Assembly (NCBI GenBank): GCA_965287045.1
Contig: OZ336881.1
Location: forward strand, 76,198,001-76,262,000
Direction of reading: 5' to 3'
DNA: 64,000 bases
From: Carcharhinus amblyrhynchos
Taxonomy: Eukaryota
Below are positions 1 to 13,415 of this stretch, piece by piece. Within the stretch, counting starts at the first letter, position 1. Each line of letters begins with the position of its first letter. The position numbers and the translations under genes were made by a program. Below the pieces are notes generated by a model. It worked only from the letters and a program-made list of their open reading frames with translations. It had not been told where the DNA came from and made no database searches.

Positions 1-827
1 ATTGTTTATGACATAATTAGCAACACAGATACAAAGTGAGGAACTGCAATTACTGGAAAACTGAATTTAAGAACAGCAAATGCTTGCAGTGCACAATAGG
101 ATTGCTCGCACCTGAAAAAGGAAGGTAGTGTTTCAGAGTTAAGCCTACTTTCTTTGCACAAGCTGATAAATTTGTTGTATATTTATAATATTATCTATTT
201 GTGCACAGTCGTTTGGCTGTACCTGGTTATGTTGTAGGGATAGAAATTACTTAAGCGTTGAGAGAACTGATGTGCACCATGGATACCAGACTTAACACTA
301 TCTCAAGTTCGTCTTTTCAATTTCATCAAAGTTGTTAACCCGTTTTAGAATAAAAGAATCATTGGGTCTGTTAAAATAGCAGGACAAGAGGTTTTGGACA
401 AACTTGTGTTTAGAGTTCATTGTTCAAAGATTCTTGTGCAAGGAACTAGTCGGAGGAATTTATTTTTATAAAGATCATTGCAAGCTGGACTTGCTGAACC
501 TGATTATGGATGCTGTTGAAATCACAGTTAAAAATATAGAGCTCCATCTGTTTCTGCAGAGACTTTGGAACAGCATGAAGCACAGCAAAAACAGCACTTT
601 CAGCAGATGCAGGTCAGAATTCAGTGTTCAGATAAGTAAGTCATCTATTATAATCTAGTAGCAGAAACTAGGAGGATTTTAAAAAATCTCTGAGCCAGGA
701 AAATTTGGATATACTTACTGTTAACAAAGCTGATACAGCATATAAAAATGTAGGTGAATGGAAAGGCCCGTTAAAGATCAGATTTAGAAATATCACATTC
801 TATCACTCATGTCCCTCAGTCACTTTC

Positions 828-1070
828 TTGATTTAATTTGATTTATTGTTGACTCATATATTAGTATACAGTGAAAAGTATTGTTTCTTGCGCACTGTAC
901 AGACAAAGCACCCCGTTCGTGAGAAGGAAAGGAGAGAGTGTAGAATGTAGTGTTACAGTCTTAGCTAGGGTGTGGAGAAAGAATAACTTAATACGAGGTA
1001 GACCCATTCAAAAGTCTGATAGCAGCAGGAAAGAGCTGTTCTTGAGTTGGTTGGTATGTGACCTCAGACT
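828..1070 (-). mobile_element. LINE 3' end (Rex1/Babar-like)
   Basis: On minus: ...ttcaagaacagctctttcctgctgctatcagactt-like ORF end (KNSSFP-type motif) and (aaatc)n-like tail seen as ttgatttaatttgatttatt on +. Confidence 0.5.
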
Positions 1071-3911
1071 CAGCCTTCACATTAAGCCTTCATCTGAAGG
1101 GTTAAGTCTTGTTAAAAATCAAATAAATAAGACCGCCAAATTAATTGTGGAATTAACATAATTTTTATGCAGTTTAAGATTGGCAATTAATGTTTATTCA
1201 CCAAATTCATAGCCTTTGAGGCAGCTGTAAGAAAATCGATGGAAAAACATGTTTAGATGATTACACAACTAATCTTACCTGGGGATTACGGCTGTGAATA
1301 TAGGATAGGTTGAATCCAGTGAGCTGAGCCATGTTACAAAAGAGTTTGCACCAACAGTTTCCAGTGTTACAAGAAAATTAATAAAGGTCTGACATACTGC
1401 AGTAAATTGGCACAAGAGGTACCACTGCGTTTTAGAGATGGTGTAATAGAGGTTTGTACCTATGGGGCCCCATATTGTTCCCAATTTTACTCATTCTTCT
1501 CAGAGCTTCAGAGCGAAGGCAGAATTAGCCAAGACAATTTGCTGATGAATTTTAGTGATATGTGGAGTTGGAGATTGGCAGAGAGATACGGGATGAACTA
1601 ATTTGTCTACCCTCTCAGGCAGACATTGGTGGATAGACTGGGACAGGGACCCGAAAAAAGAACAATTGACCTGGAGAAATAGCTTGTATTTGCTGTGTGT
1701 TATTAGGCAGAGAGAGTGGGGGACGGGGAGAAAGGTTTGAACCAGAGCACTGCAATAAAATGGTGCAATGGTACAGAAATAAAATGATGAAAGGCTGTAC
1801 ATTATTATGTCCCCCTGAAAAAAAATTACCATTGTTTTAAAAAAATTGTAAAACTTCAAATATATTCTTTTGATTTGAATTGACGAGTTATCTGATCTCA
1901 GGACACTTCTCAGATAAGGAGTATAACATTTTCATGGTACCCACTTCTCATTGCTACTCAAGAATCCCTGCTGATAATGGAGGTGTGTGGAGAATGAGCT
2001 TTGATAAGGCTCACCTCTGATTATCTCCAGAGTCTGGAGGCTTGCCAACACTTAACTATCCAGATTTACACATGAATAATCGATTATTTGGATGACCAAA
2101 AATGACCATTGGATCACTAAGGAAGTCAATCCTTCCAGAAGGAAGGGCAAGTTACACACCGACAAAATAAAAGACATCTGTAGAAGCCAGTTGTGGTGCT
2201 GTTTTGGAACACATTAAATTTAAAAGACATCTAATGCATAGTTCTCCATTGAAAAGACGAAGCCTGGGATTTTCTGCTCCTGTTCATCACTGATGGGTTT
2301 GGTGATGGGAGTGGAACATCGCGCAAGAACCCCAAATTGCATTTTACATCAGCACAAAGTCAAGTCACAATCGTCCCTGTCACCACCACTCCCTTCACCC
2401 CCCCACACATCCCCCGCCACAACCACAACCCCCTCGCTAGCGACTTAACAGGAGTCCCGACAGTCAAGGTCGGGAACCTCAATTTAACAAATCTACATGT
2501 CGTTATCAGGCCTCTACGCCTGATCATTCCCCCACCCATTAGATAATCTATTCACACTGGCATGAGGGCGTGGCAGCGTGAATTACAACTGGTCTTCTAT
2601 AGCATGTACCTGGCGGGCAGAACCACTAGAGGGGCTCAGGTGAGTGCATCAGTCAGCAAGGAGAGGGTCATGACCTGGACAGTGTCAAGTGCATTGCCTG
2701 GAAGATGGGGGACGGAGTGGGGGGAGCAGGTAGAGGGAGTATTCCAATATAAATTTTGATGCCAGAGTGTCCTTTAAAAATAGCACCCTGATCTTTAAAA
2801 AAGTCCAGCTGGGCTTGGACCCACTCTTTCATGATATTGTTAACAAATTTCTGAGCAATACGGTGGAGAGAGATGTCATTGGGGCTGGGCCAGCAGCTTC
2901 AATGTAGTTTTCCCACCTACTGCCCGCACTCTCCATAAAAAAGAGAAAAATCCATCCAATGATGCAGGAACCAATTATAAATTGCAAAACGGAGAGCCCA
3001 CATCAGAACTGTGGCCCATATCTGCATAATTGAACTAACACATGAATACATCATTATAAAGAGATGTAATTGAAGGAATGTACTTTTTAGTGTTGTACAC
3101 TTTTAAGCACCACCAAATGGCTGGAAGCCTTATTGTCCATAATTCACAATTATATCAAAAGTAATAGAATTGGGAGCAAAATTATTAAAGTAGTTTGTGT
3201 TTGTTCTGCGACTGAAGCAAATTCTATCACATTCCAAGGCAGCATCACAAATACTTGGTTTGTGTATTTCTTGTTCACCCTGGAGCCTTTCAGATTCTTT
3301 CACAATTAGGAGTCATGAGTGCATAGTTTCCACGCTTAATGTTGAAACGATATCACTTTAAATAACATTTACCCTGGCACTTGGAGCTCAGCTGTCTCAC
3401 TCTAACTTCCTCCAGGTAGCAATGGAAGTGTCTAAAGTGGTGTGATATTTAACAAGAATGATCTGGGTGGAAGTACTTCTGATTTAAAAGTATCTCAGCA
3501 TTCCTTAAAAGCACAAAAATAATGGAATCATTTCTCTCAGCCAGAAGGATAACTTGCACCTTTTATATGAGAACAAAGCCACTTCGTTTATCTGCCATTT
3601 GCACTCTCCATTACATCATTCAGAAAGTTTCAACTTTGTTGTCTTTGAATACCAGTTAAAAACATAAAACTAAAGTTTTAATAAAATAGTAGTAGTTGAG
3701 ATTTATGATAAACTTTCTCCTCTTGGGGAGGGAATATTTGTTTTATTCCCCTTGAGAGATTCCCCAAGAGATTCTGATAAAACATTCATGCATGCAGAAC
3801 AAAAGTCTGCTTAATATTTTTTCCATTTAAGAGTAACTATCATCACTTGCTTTCATCAGTCCTCTCTGTGGCTATTGAGAGGTTCAGAGCAGTACATTCC
3901 ATATAGACAAT

Positions 3912-4031
3912 GGCCGGAAATTCACCCCAGTGAGATTCTCCTGCCCTGCTGCATTGCACGGAGATTTGGCTGAGCGCCAGATTCTCCATCCTTGCTTGCA
4001 GCAGTGTGTGAATGGCCGGAGAATTCTGGCC
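3912..4031. mobile_element. 120-bp MITE, PIF/Harbinger-like
   Basis: TIRs ggccggaaattc / gaattctggcc flanked by 3-bp TSD aat (3909-3911, 4032-4034). Confidence 0.6.
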
Positions 4032-4189
4032 AATATTCAATACTGGGCTCAGTGCCATGTTTGGGGACTGAGGCCTTTTATTATGTTGAATTTTTCTTAC
4101 GTTTTTTCCTTCCTTATTAAATTGCTGCTGGCGCAGTTTTCTCCTCACAAAAGATAATCCTAGGATTAACCTGATGAGTCTCTGTGGTC

Positions 4190-4715
4190 TCTTCCAGCCA
4201 TATGTATATTCCTAATCTACATCAGTCCCCATCTAGCACTACTCCCCATTCACTTGGCTGAACGTATTCTCACATTGAACAACTACTTGACTCACTCCCT
4301 CCAAATAAAAGGTACATTGCAAGGCCTAGGCATGTCTACCTTTTTGTGGGATATGTGGAACATTCTTTTTCCAGTACTGTTCAGAATCCCTTGCTCATCT
4401 CTTTTCTAATATTCTGCAGTCTGTATCGGTGCAAGTTCCTGCTCTCACCCTGAACTGGAAAATTTCATCAACTTTGCTTCCAATTATCATCTTTCTTCTG
4501 CCATCACAACGTCCACTGCTAACTTTCCCCCTTCCTTCCATGACTTCCCTGTCTTCATTTCTAGGGATAGGCTATCAACTATTATTCAATATTCACTGAC
4601 TCCCACAGCTTCCTTGATTTCAGTTCCTCATGATTCAATTCCTTCAAGGACTTTATTCTCCCAGTTTCTCTATCTTTGTCGCATCTGTTCAGATGTTGCA
4701 ACTTTCCATACTAAC
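4190..4715 (+). mobile_element. decayed Penelope-like element reverse transcriptase fragment
   Basis: Frameshifted pieces read ..ILTLNN..LQIKG..LFVGYVEHS.., LENFINFASNYH, ISRDRLST, DSIP..FSQFLYLCRICSDVATFHT, typical of PLE RT/thumb. Confidence 0.8.
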
Positions 4716-4760
4716 ACATACAGTTATGTCCAAACAGTGCTCTGGACCATTGCAGGGGCG

Positions 4761-4814
4761 GGTGGTGGTGATGATGATGGTGGGGGAGTTGGTGGTGGTG
4801 GTGATGGTGGTGGT
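4761..4814. repeat. imperfect (GGT/GAT)n trinucleotide repeat
   Basis: ggtggtggtgatgatgatggtggg..ggtggtggtggtgatggtggtggt. Confidence 0.85.
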
Positions 4815-5094
4815 CATCCTCTGCTACATGGGGAGACTTCCAGTTGAATCCTAGTGACCTTTCAGAGAGCTCTTTGGGAGGGGATGCCCAGCAGAAATGG
4901 CCATGACCCCTGCCTTCTGTGCCCCTTCCCTCCCCAAGTCTGCCTGACAGTCTCTGGTGACCCCAGATCCCACTCTTGGTTGCGATGGTACATGTCCATG
5001 GATGTTTGCTCTTCTTGCAGATGCAGCAATGCTGTTGTGCTGCTGACCCTCCAAATGGCCCTAGCAGCAAGACCCTGCCACCACAGCAAAATTC

Positions 5095-5197
5095 TAGCCT
5101 CTGTTTCTCTCTTCATGGATACTGCCAGACCGTCTGAGTATTTCTAGCATTTTCTGTTTGTTTCAGATTTCCAGCAACCGCAGTACTTTGCTTTTGT
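5095..5197. mobile_element. Penelope-type terminal repeat fragment
   Basis: ctctgtttctctc..gagtatttctagcattttctgttt..tcagatttccagca..cgcagtactttgctttt; reverse-complement relative at 30803-30905. Confidence 0.6.
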
Positions 5198-7549
5198 AAC
5201 TCTACGCTGCCCATTTACTGGACAGAGCAGAACGGCTAGGGAAGTTTACTGCCATCAGTATAAAATACTTCTTTTATCAAATTACCACAAAGCAATTTAC
5301 ACACCAGGACCAACTTCACCATCTTTAACCTTCTTGTTGGATTCAGGGTGTGAAAATAGTCCAAGAGCAGATTCTTGAACAGTGGCTTCTGGTTTTGCAC
5401 TTTGGTGCTGTATAACTGGGAGAATGCACTGATCCAAAGACGCCTGTGTGACTTGAGAAACATTTCAGTTCAGTAATCTTGTATTCAGCCTGCCCACCAG
5501 TTCATTCATATGGAACTGATCACCATTTCCAGGATGTATCTGTCCATGGAGCTGTGATTCAAAATTCAATGCGGGGAGGGTTTATTGTGGGCTCCTGCAC
5601 CCACAGTAGTAAGTCAGGATGACAGAGAGTGCGAATAAAAGAATTAGCCAATCTCCAGTCTGCATTCCCTCCCTGTTAGCATGGTTCCCTGCTAGGAATG
5701 TGGATTTACTCCTAATCAGTTGTTCTGATTTGACAACAATTCTTGCTTTTCTGTAAAAGTATTTAAAGCTACAATAAACAAATTAATCAGATTTATCACG
5801 TCTCATCTGAATCGGACCAACTGCAATATATTTTTGTAGAGTAATGCTAACTAGTCATCCTAGCATTTGGGTGTTGCTGATGTGAAAAAAATTACCCATT
5901 CCAAGTTAAAAGAAGAATAAGAGCATTTGCTTGCATTTGGACAGCAACTTCTCAATGCTTTCATCAAATGTCTTAAAGTACTCCTCAGTAATCCACTTTA
6001 ATTGAAAAGTAGTGATTAGCTGGGTAAACTCAGCAACAATTTTCTTCTCCAGTAGGGAATGAGGAAGGAATGTTGGTCAGGAATTTCATTTCTGACCAGC
6101 CTGAAATTAACATTGAGGAGGGAAATTTGCATTTAAAAGTTTCAGAATGCTGCAGTAATCACCAAAAGTTTGAGAAAAGACTAATTGTAAGCCAGCAATG
6201 CTGTTCTATCTCTGCCCGTCTCTGGAATTTGTAAATTACACATTTTTATTGACAGATTTGTGTTCTGTTTTATTTGGTGCTGTGGGGTTCCTTGTTAACT
6301 CATTCCCTGATGTTCTGTCACTGTGACTTTATTACCCAGTTTATTATAGAATTTGAAAACATCTTTGCTTCTCAGCATTTTTTTCCTACTCTAAGTGGAG
6401 CCTAACTTAAAGCCTTCAGTTAGCATGGGAACCACCAGATGGGGTCCTTTGACAAGGGTCAGCAGGGAAGCTGTCACTGCTGCATATAAAGGGTGGAGCT
6501 CAGGGCTGTGCTTTCAGGAATAACAACACTGCTTTGTTTGGCCAAGGCTAGTTATCAGCTTTTCTGCATTAAAACCTAATTAAGATGTGTGCCAGTAAAA
6601 GAAGGGCAGTTATTGTATTTGTTAGTTTAGCTGTTGGACATTGATATAATTTAATCAGCCTCCTACAGTGAACTCTGCTTCACAGAATGTCTAAATTAGG
6701 TTTTCTTCAGAAATAAAGGACGTATAAATTATAGCTTTAACCTGTAACATTTGTGACAGTGACTGACAGCCAGAGAATGTTAAAGAGCATGACTAACCCC
6801 TTGAGTACTCAGCATGACACCAAAGTGCTGTTTTATTGTCACAAAATATGTAGGAGAATGAGGTCCAGCAACTCCAGGCTGCTTTAAAAAAAAACGTGAG
6901 TACGAGATGTGAAATTTAACAGAGGCGGTGAAGAGAAATGTTTCAAATCTTTGAAAATTGTCAAAAAAAACATTTAGAAGGTTAAATTATTGACTTTTAA
7001 ACAATGGGGCATTTGAAATACAATCAGGTGGACCTGCTATTTTGACATCGCCTGGTATTTTGGTCTTTATGATTGTTAAATGGTTCACTCAGCAGTGAAC
7101 TATTACACTCCTCAACGCAGAAGTGCATGGCAGGACAGTTCAATGATAGCACAATAGGGCTGAACCTTAACTCCAAAAAACATTTCCGAGATTAAAAAAC
7201 TGTAAAAAATCTGGAACAGGCATTTACCCCACCTTATCAGTTTTACAGAGTCAGGATAAAGAACAAATTGATCCATTCACTCAGAGATGCAAAATGTCTA
7301 TTTGAATATTGTAATGTGGTTTCGTGCCTTCATTTTAGCAGCCATTTTTATCTTTAACCATAGAGTTTTTCTGGTAATGTGAGGAACTCAACAACTCGAA
7401 GGAGGTAAGAAGGGTTGAATCCATGAGCCAAGTATCTTACAGCATTGCTTATGGGCAAAAATAGACCAGCGTGCTAGCCCAGCAAATCTCTCTTGCCCCC
7501 TCTAACCTGTCGCCTCTGACCACCATTGAATTCCCAGGCTTCCATAGGA

Positions 7550-7790
7550 CTTCTTGCACATTGCCTCGTGTCTGCATGGGTTTCCTCTGGGTGCTCCGAT
7601 TTCCTCCCACATTCCATAGATCTGTGGGTTAGGTTGTTTGGCCAAGCTAAATCGACCCTTAGTGTTAGGGGAACTAGCAGGATAAATAAATGGAGGTGTG
7701 GGGATACAGCCATGGCGGGGTTGTTGTTGGTGCAGGCTCAATGGGCTGAATGGCCTCCTTCTGCACTGTAGGAATCCTATGATTCTATTT
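7550..7790 (+). mobile_element. V-SINE (HE1-like shark SINE), 5'-truncated
   Basis: V-domain gggtttcctctgggtgctccgatttcctcccaca; CR1-type tail atgggctgaatggcctccttctgcactgtagg..ctatgattctat. Confidence 0.8.
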
Positions 7791-8659
7791 CGCTTCAATT
7801 TGGCCCCACCCATCACAATCAGGAAATCTGCCCTATGATCTCTTTCACTTCCTCCAGTACACCTATCTGCATTCATAAGCCCAGCAAAGCAGGTTTCTGG
7901 CCTGTCAATCCCACTGAAGAGTTCTGCAATTAAATTCTGCAGGGCATTCCAAAAACCTGTTCTAGGATTCCTGATGTAATGGTAGCCTCCCATCTCAGCT
8001 GCACAAGATATGCTTAACTACAATTCATGCCTTACCCTCTTGAATCAGGAAATTGTATTTTCACGTTGCCTCCGTGACTTCACAGAATCACAGACAATGA
8101 TCTAACGGTCCCATTTACTGTGGGCACAAATCCCATAATGGCCACTAAATTTCACGAGAGGACAAAAACAGGATTTTCGCTAGCAAGATCGCAGAATGAG
8201 ATCTTTGCTGCCCACCACTGATGACATAAGGACCATGCTCAGGAAGGGCATGAGCTTGATTTACATGAATTAGCTTCACATCAGCAGGCCTGACACTGTT
8301 ACATCCACCCTCATCCTAACTTCCCACCCAGCCAGCATGACGTCACTGCACTGCATAAGACTTTTCCCAAACCTGTTACAAATGGTGCCCCAATCTCAGG
8401 ATTCCCAGTGTTCCTGGTTTTCTTCGGCCCCGGCCCTTCAGCTGACTGTGTGAATCTCTCTTCCCCTTTGAAATTGCAGAGTGCTTAATACACTGAGAAT
8501 AGCTGGCTGGGCAGCCTGCGAGCTTCACACTGGTTTTTTTCACCTGAGCCAACACTTGGCATCTTTGGGAAGATTCCAGCCACAGAATTGTTATGGCACA
8601 AAAGGAGCCCATTTTGCCCATCATGTCTGCATCAGCTCTCCAAATGAGCATTATGACCT

Positions 8660-8910
8660 TTCTCTATTCCCCTGCACATTATTTCTATTCAAGTAATCAT
8701 CTAATGCCCTCTTGAATCCCTCGATTGAACCTGCCTCCACCATACTTCCAGGCAGTGCATTCCAGACCTGAACCACTAGTTGTGTGAAAAAGATTTTTTC
8801 TCACATCATATTTGCTTCTTTTACAAATCACTTTCAATCTGTGCCCTCCATCCTTGATCCTTAGCAAGCAGACCAGTTTCTTCCTATCTATTCTGCCCAA
8901 TCCCCTCATG
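8660..8910 (-). mobile_element. CR1 3' fragment
   Basis: Minus ORF MRGLGRIDRKKL..GGHRLKVICKRSKYDVRKNLF matches the CR1 ORF2 C-terminus. Confidence 0.7.
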
Positions 8911-8924
8911 ACTAAGTATATACT

Positions 8925-9270
8925 CGAGGGTGCGCTGCACTGTTGGGAGGGTGTGTCACACCGCTAGGAGAGCTATCACTAGAATGAAATATCAAACCAA
9001 GGTCCCATTTGCTTTGATCCATGCTCGCTTCTTTTAACGGGCTTTCCAACAATTGCTAAAACTCCCAAGACAATAGCGAAAGAATGACGGTCGATCTCCC
9101 TTTCTCTTGGGTAATATTCCTCCTGCAACCAAAACCACTGAAGTATAATAACTGTGGGACCTTGCTGCATACATAATGCTTGCCTCATTTTCCTACATGC
9201 CGAACATTTCAAAGTGATTCTTTGAATGCGAAGCACTTTGACGCTTTTTTGGAGGGATGAGGTTTTTGAT
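8925..9270 (+). mobile_element. old Deu-domain-type SINE
   Basis: ctgtgggaccttgctgcat..ttttcctacat..ttcaaagt..aagcactttg resembles the DeuSINE core and tail; antisense fragments near 5920-6040, 38325-38430, 52080-52380. Confidence 0.5.
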
Positions 9271-11449
9271 GTAAATCTTTGTTATCAATTGCATACTTGA
9301 ATATTTCAATCCTTTCCTCCCATCCTCTTCCCCCTGTAAACTACAGCTGTGTCTTGAGTTGCTTAGACTCCATGTTCTGGATAAACTCTGTGACCCCCAT
9401 CTCCTGAAAGAACATTCTTCAAGCACACCTCTTTGACCAAGCTTTTGTCTACCTTTTAATATCATCTTTTTAGGCTGAGAATCCAGTTTTTGGAACTCTG
9501 CTTTAGTGAAATGCCATGGGATACTTTCCTATGTTAAGGACTGTAAAGAAATTGAAGTTATTGTTTCTTCTTATTGATAAACAAAGCAACTTTGTGATAG
9601 AATCTGTGCTGTTTGAGGCTCTTGTCATTGCCCCTTTATGCACTAAAAATTTAAAAATTGATAATATTTTGGGATTTATTCATTAAAATTTAGATAGGAA
9701 TCCTCAGTGATGAAAAGACTATTATATCAAATCTACCTTGGTATTTGATATGATTGCAATCAGGATTTTAAAATAGGATTTATACATTGTCATACACCCA
9801 TTGTATACAACAATATCTACTTGATGCAAAGACCTGAAGTTGTTCTTTTGTGAAGTTGCTGCGACGGTTTTGACAGCAGTTTCCTGGGTAAAATCTAGCA
9901 GGTTGACAGCAGATCCACAGTCACTTCTCTGCTGTGGAGTAACATAGGGAGCAGCCAAGTCCTGCCTTTCCTGCTGGGTTAATCAACCCTTTGCAGAGGA
10001 ATGACTCAGTCAGGACACGGCACGGAATGTGTTTTGATAGCAGGCAAGTATGTTTTCAGGTAACATGGTGCGCATGTAACAAATTATATCTGACAGAATG
10101 TTGGGAGGTCTGGATACCATTGTCTGTTTATGAAGTGGACACACAGGACTGCAGACAGAATACGCTCCGTGTGAAAGAAAGCTCCCACATCATGTCTGCA
10201 CTTGTGATTTTTTCATGTAAGGTGAATTGTTGCTGATACTGTTTAATTCGGATTCAATTTCATATTTTAAGAAGATCAGGACTTTTCCTTTCTGGTGCAC
10301 ACAGATGTTCATTCTGTTTTATTTCTGCCAAACATACCTAATGGTAATAGAAGAGTATCAACACCCTAAAGCAATAGACTTTTTTCATCTGTTGGCAGAT
10401 AAAGTTAAAGCTACTTGGTAGATTTCCCATCTTTCAGTCATGTTGCACTTTGGAAAAAAAAATTTGAAGACAAATTACTTTATGTTTCTCTGCTTGTCTC
10501 TTCCTGATGTGCTTTCAGCCAGTGTCTTCAGGCCTTTTAGGGTCCACAAGACAGTTTCAATGTTTAGCCAAGAATAATTGAGATTTATTTTATTTTTCTG
10601 AACCTGGCCGGATGAACTCGCTCCAGATAAACCTGAACAGTGGGCAGATTGATACACAGTGTGAGAGAGAACAAGAGGACAAAAGTTGCATTAAAATCCT
10701 GGTGTCAGGATCCAGGGAGCAGCAGCAGTTGGAGAGGCGAAACATGCCCATCTCTGAGATCCTGCAGCTCCCTCCCCATGTCCAGTCTACATGGTAAAAT
10801 GGCAGGTTATTGAACCGTCAGGCATGTGCTAACAAAACTCTGAGCAAAATGATTGTTAGCTTTCAGCCACTCAATGCCAGAGAAGCACAGTGCGATTATA
10901 CTGGGAGAGGAGTGAGATGGACCTCAGAGCCTGTTGATGCAAAGTGGAGAATTGGTGTGAGAGTATAGATGGAATCCCCGCTGATGCGGGACATTGTACA
11001 CTCACTCACAAGTTCCACAAGTAAGTAAAACAGAAATAATATACCTGTGTACATTTAATTGTGGAAACATGCTGGCTTACAAGAGTTTGTGGAATTTTAA
11101 TAACTTGGAAGGAGGGGCCTCAGAAGTGAAAATGTTTGAAAATTGCTATCCTAGCTGATCTGCTTGTATTAATGCTATCTCGTAATGATCACTAAAAAGT
11201 GCAACAGAGGGACAACTGTCTTTAACTTCTTGCAGGGAAGCATTCATGCCAGGACTTTGTAGGGACGGTAAGAAATTCAGCAGAGTAGAAATTTGGAACT
11301 ACCTCCTAAGAGCACCAACAAGTGCTGCCCTCAGTGCTAGCTTTTTAAAAGAGCAATACAGCACAGAAAATAGGCCCTTTGGTCCACCTTTCTAAACTAA
11401 TGACCTTTTGTCTCAAAGTGGCCCATATCCCTCTATTCCCTACCTTTGA

Positions 11450-13138
11450 TGGGTGTTCCCATTCTGAATACTGAACCAGCTGGATGATGCTTAATTCTGC
11501 TGAACTCAGTATCCCCTATTTCTAGTAAAGCATATGGTGTTGGTCTTGCCCTGAAGAATTCAGATCAACGTAAATTGCAAGCCTTTGATTTTGCCTAATT
11601 CATCGTGGAAAACATTGTCGTATTTCCTTAACAATTCTGGCAGTCCCCTTGCCTGAAACTTGAACCCATCCAAATTGATTTCATTACACCAACAATGGCC
11701 CAGGAGGCTTGGTTCTTCATCTATCACTATTATTACCAGGAGCTGGGCAGACTCCTGCCCATAGCTCACAGGTACTATTGTTATGCCTTTTACTTTCATT
11801 GCTTGTTCTATGTATGTCTTCAGCTTGGTGGAAGTGCTCTCCATTTCAATGTTGGATTCTCCCGTCACAGTGCTGAGGTGCCTATATCCACTTCCAAACT
11901 TCAAGGTTTCCCATTTACAATGAGAGTTACAGTAAGAGGGCCTGGCTTGAGTGCTTTAATATTAAACAGAGTGAAATATCAGAATCAATGATGTCAATCA
12001 CTTTAACGTTGTGTACTTGTAACATCTTATTACATGGCAGTTTTAACTTACTTAGCTTTGCACTGTTTTATCAAATATCCTCTTTTGTGACGGTATTACC
12101 ATCTTTTTCTGATTTAGGAGTGTGGTTACCTCCACATTGGTAACAATTCACCATTGTCTGATAGCCCACAGCCTTGGTATAGCAGAGACAAAGTGCTGGT
12201 AAATGGGATTAGGTGGGAAGTCAGATGTTTCTCATGTGTTAGTGCAGACTCAATGAGCTGAAGGGCCTCTTTCTGCATTGTATGATTTTATATCTTTTTG
12301 TTCCGTGACTTTGGCGGTTTTGGTGCCACAGCTGATTCCATGTTCCCTCCCTAATTGGTATATCATTTTGTGCATTCTGCAGTTCCTGTAAATCTTTGCT
12401 TTCCATAGCCAGCGTTATGCCCATTTGAAATTTATGTCAGCTTCTGCTAGCAATTGACACTGTATGGTCTCATTGCTCATGACATAAACTAACCAATCCC
12501 ACAGCATGTCATTTAGGATTGCTCCAAAATCACAATGTCCAATAATTGTTTTAGTTAAATAATGCAAATCAGGATCACTTCACCTGGGACTCTCACCCTC
12601 AAATTAAATTTGAATCCTTGAATTTGACTGATGGTTTGGGTTGAAAATTACCCTTCACTAAATCCACGAGTTCACTGAATGATTCGGAGTCAGGCACGTT
12701 TGGGTGGTGAGACCATGAATAAGATTGTAGGTCTGACTTATACAGACACTCAGGGGAGGAGGCAAAGCAATTCTCCCATTTTGTTTGCCTAGGAACAAAA
12801 TCCAAGCTACTTGATGCGTTGATTGTAGTTCTCAGTGGAGGAGTCAAAGAGAGACATTTAGTGAGTCCTTTTTCATTCAGTATTCACTTAAAATGCGATA
12901 CTTACAGGTATGAGACTAGAGGCAGTACCAGGATCCTTTATCCTTGTTGCCAGATATGAAGATGTACTCACATTGAATAATGAACTTTATTTACAAGGTT
13001 GCAAGATTCAAGCTAGTCCATAGGATACTCTAACTAGAAAAACTCCTCCCTTAGAAATTCCTCACACAAGGTGTTGATTGGTTGTTCAAATAATGTAACC
13101 CTTACTTTAAGACCAGCCTTACTAAGTGAGTCACCACA
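11450..13138 (-). mobile_element. decayed Gypsy/Ty3 LTR retrotransposon: 5' LTR, PBS, gag and protease
   Basis: LTR-like TG..CA 12957-13138; PBS-like TGGCAACAAGGAT just inside (about 12940-12952); gag pieces (FSELVDLVKGNFQPKPS, CYQCGG knuckle near 12130-12148); protease-region KLKTYIEQAMKVKG..PSLLG..ELLRKYDNVFHDELGKIKG. Confidence 0.82.
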
Positions 13139-13215
13139 GAAGGCAGGGGTAATCTATGCACATTTTTAAAAGTTTAAACTTTGATAAACCCTTAATGAGT
13201 TGTTTAAACAGTTTA

Positions 13216-13415
13216 ATTGCTTCTCAGCCTTTTGGCTAAGATCAAGTGTAGTATTGACATGCTGTACTTGGTTGAAGTCATTAGGTTACATTTTAGCTTC
13301 ATTTGAATCAATTTTTAAAAGCAGCATCTTGGCCTTTTGGGGAATATGCAAATTAGATCAAGCCTTGGAGGAGGAGCTACACCTACTCCAATCAGCTTGG
13401 ATCATGTAGCTCAAG
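13216..13415 (+). pseudogene. diverged U2 snRNA-derived sequence
   Basis: 13216-13254 ATTGCTTCTCAGCCTTTTGGCTAAGATCAAGTGTAGTAT = U2 nt 1-39 with two CpG-decay changes; weaker matches downstream to the Sm-site region (AATTTTTAAAAGCAG) and the 3' domain (AGGAGCT..ACTCCAATCAGCTTGG..TGTAGCTCAAG). Confidence 0.8.

Noticed and set aside
340-1900. Possible Copia/Gypsy relic (YKNVGEWKGPLK near 741-777)
   Set aside because: One short motif; no convincing RT or integrase core could be read.
4614-5147. Overlapping ORFs with poly-His, poly-Gly or poly-Val tracts
   Set aside because: Products of a GGT/GAT microsatellite next to PLE and MITE debris; no splice or homology support.
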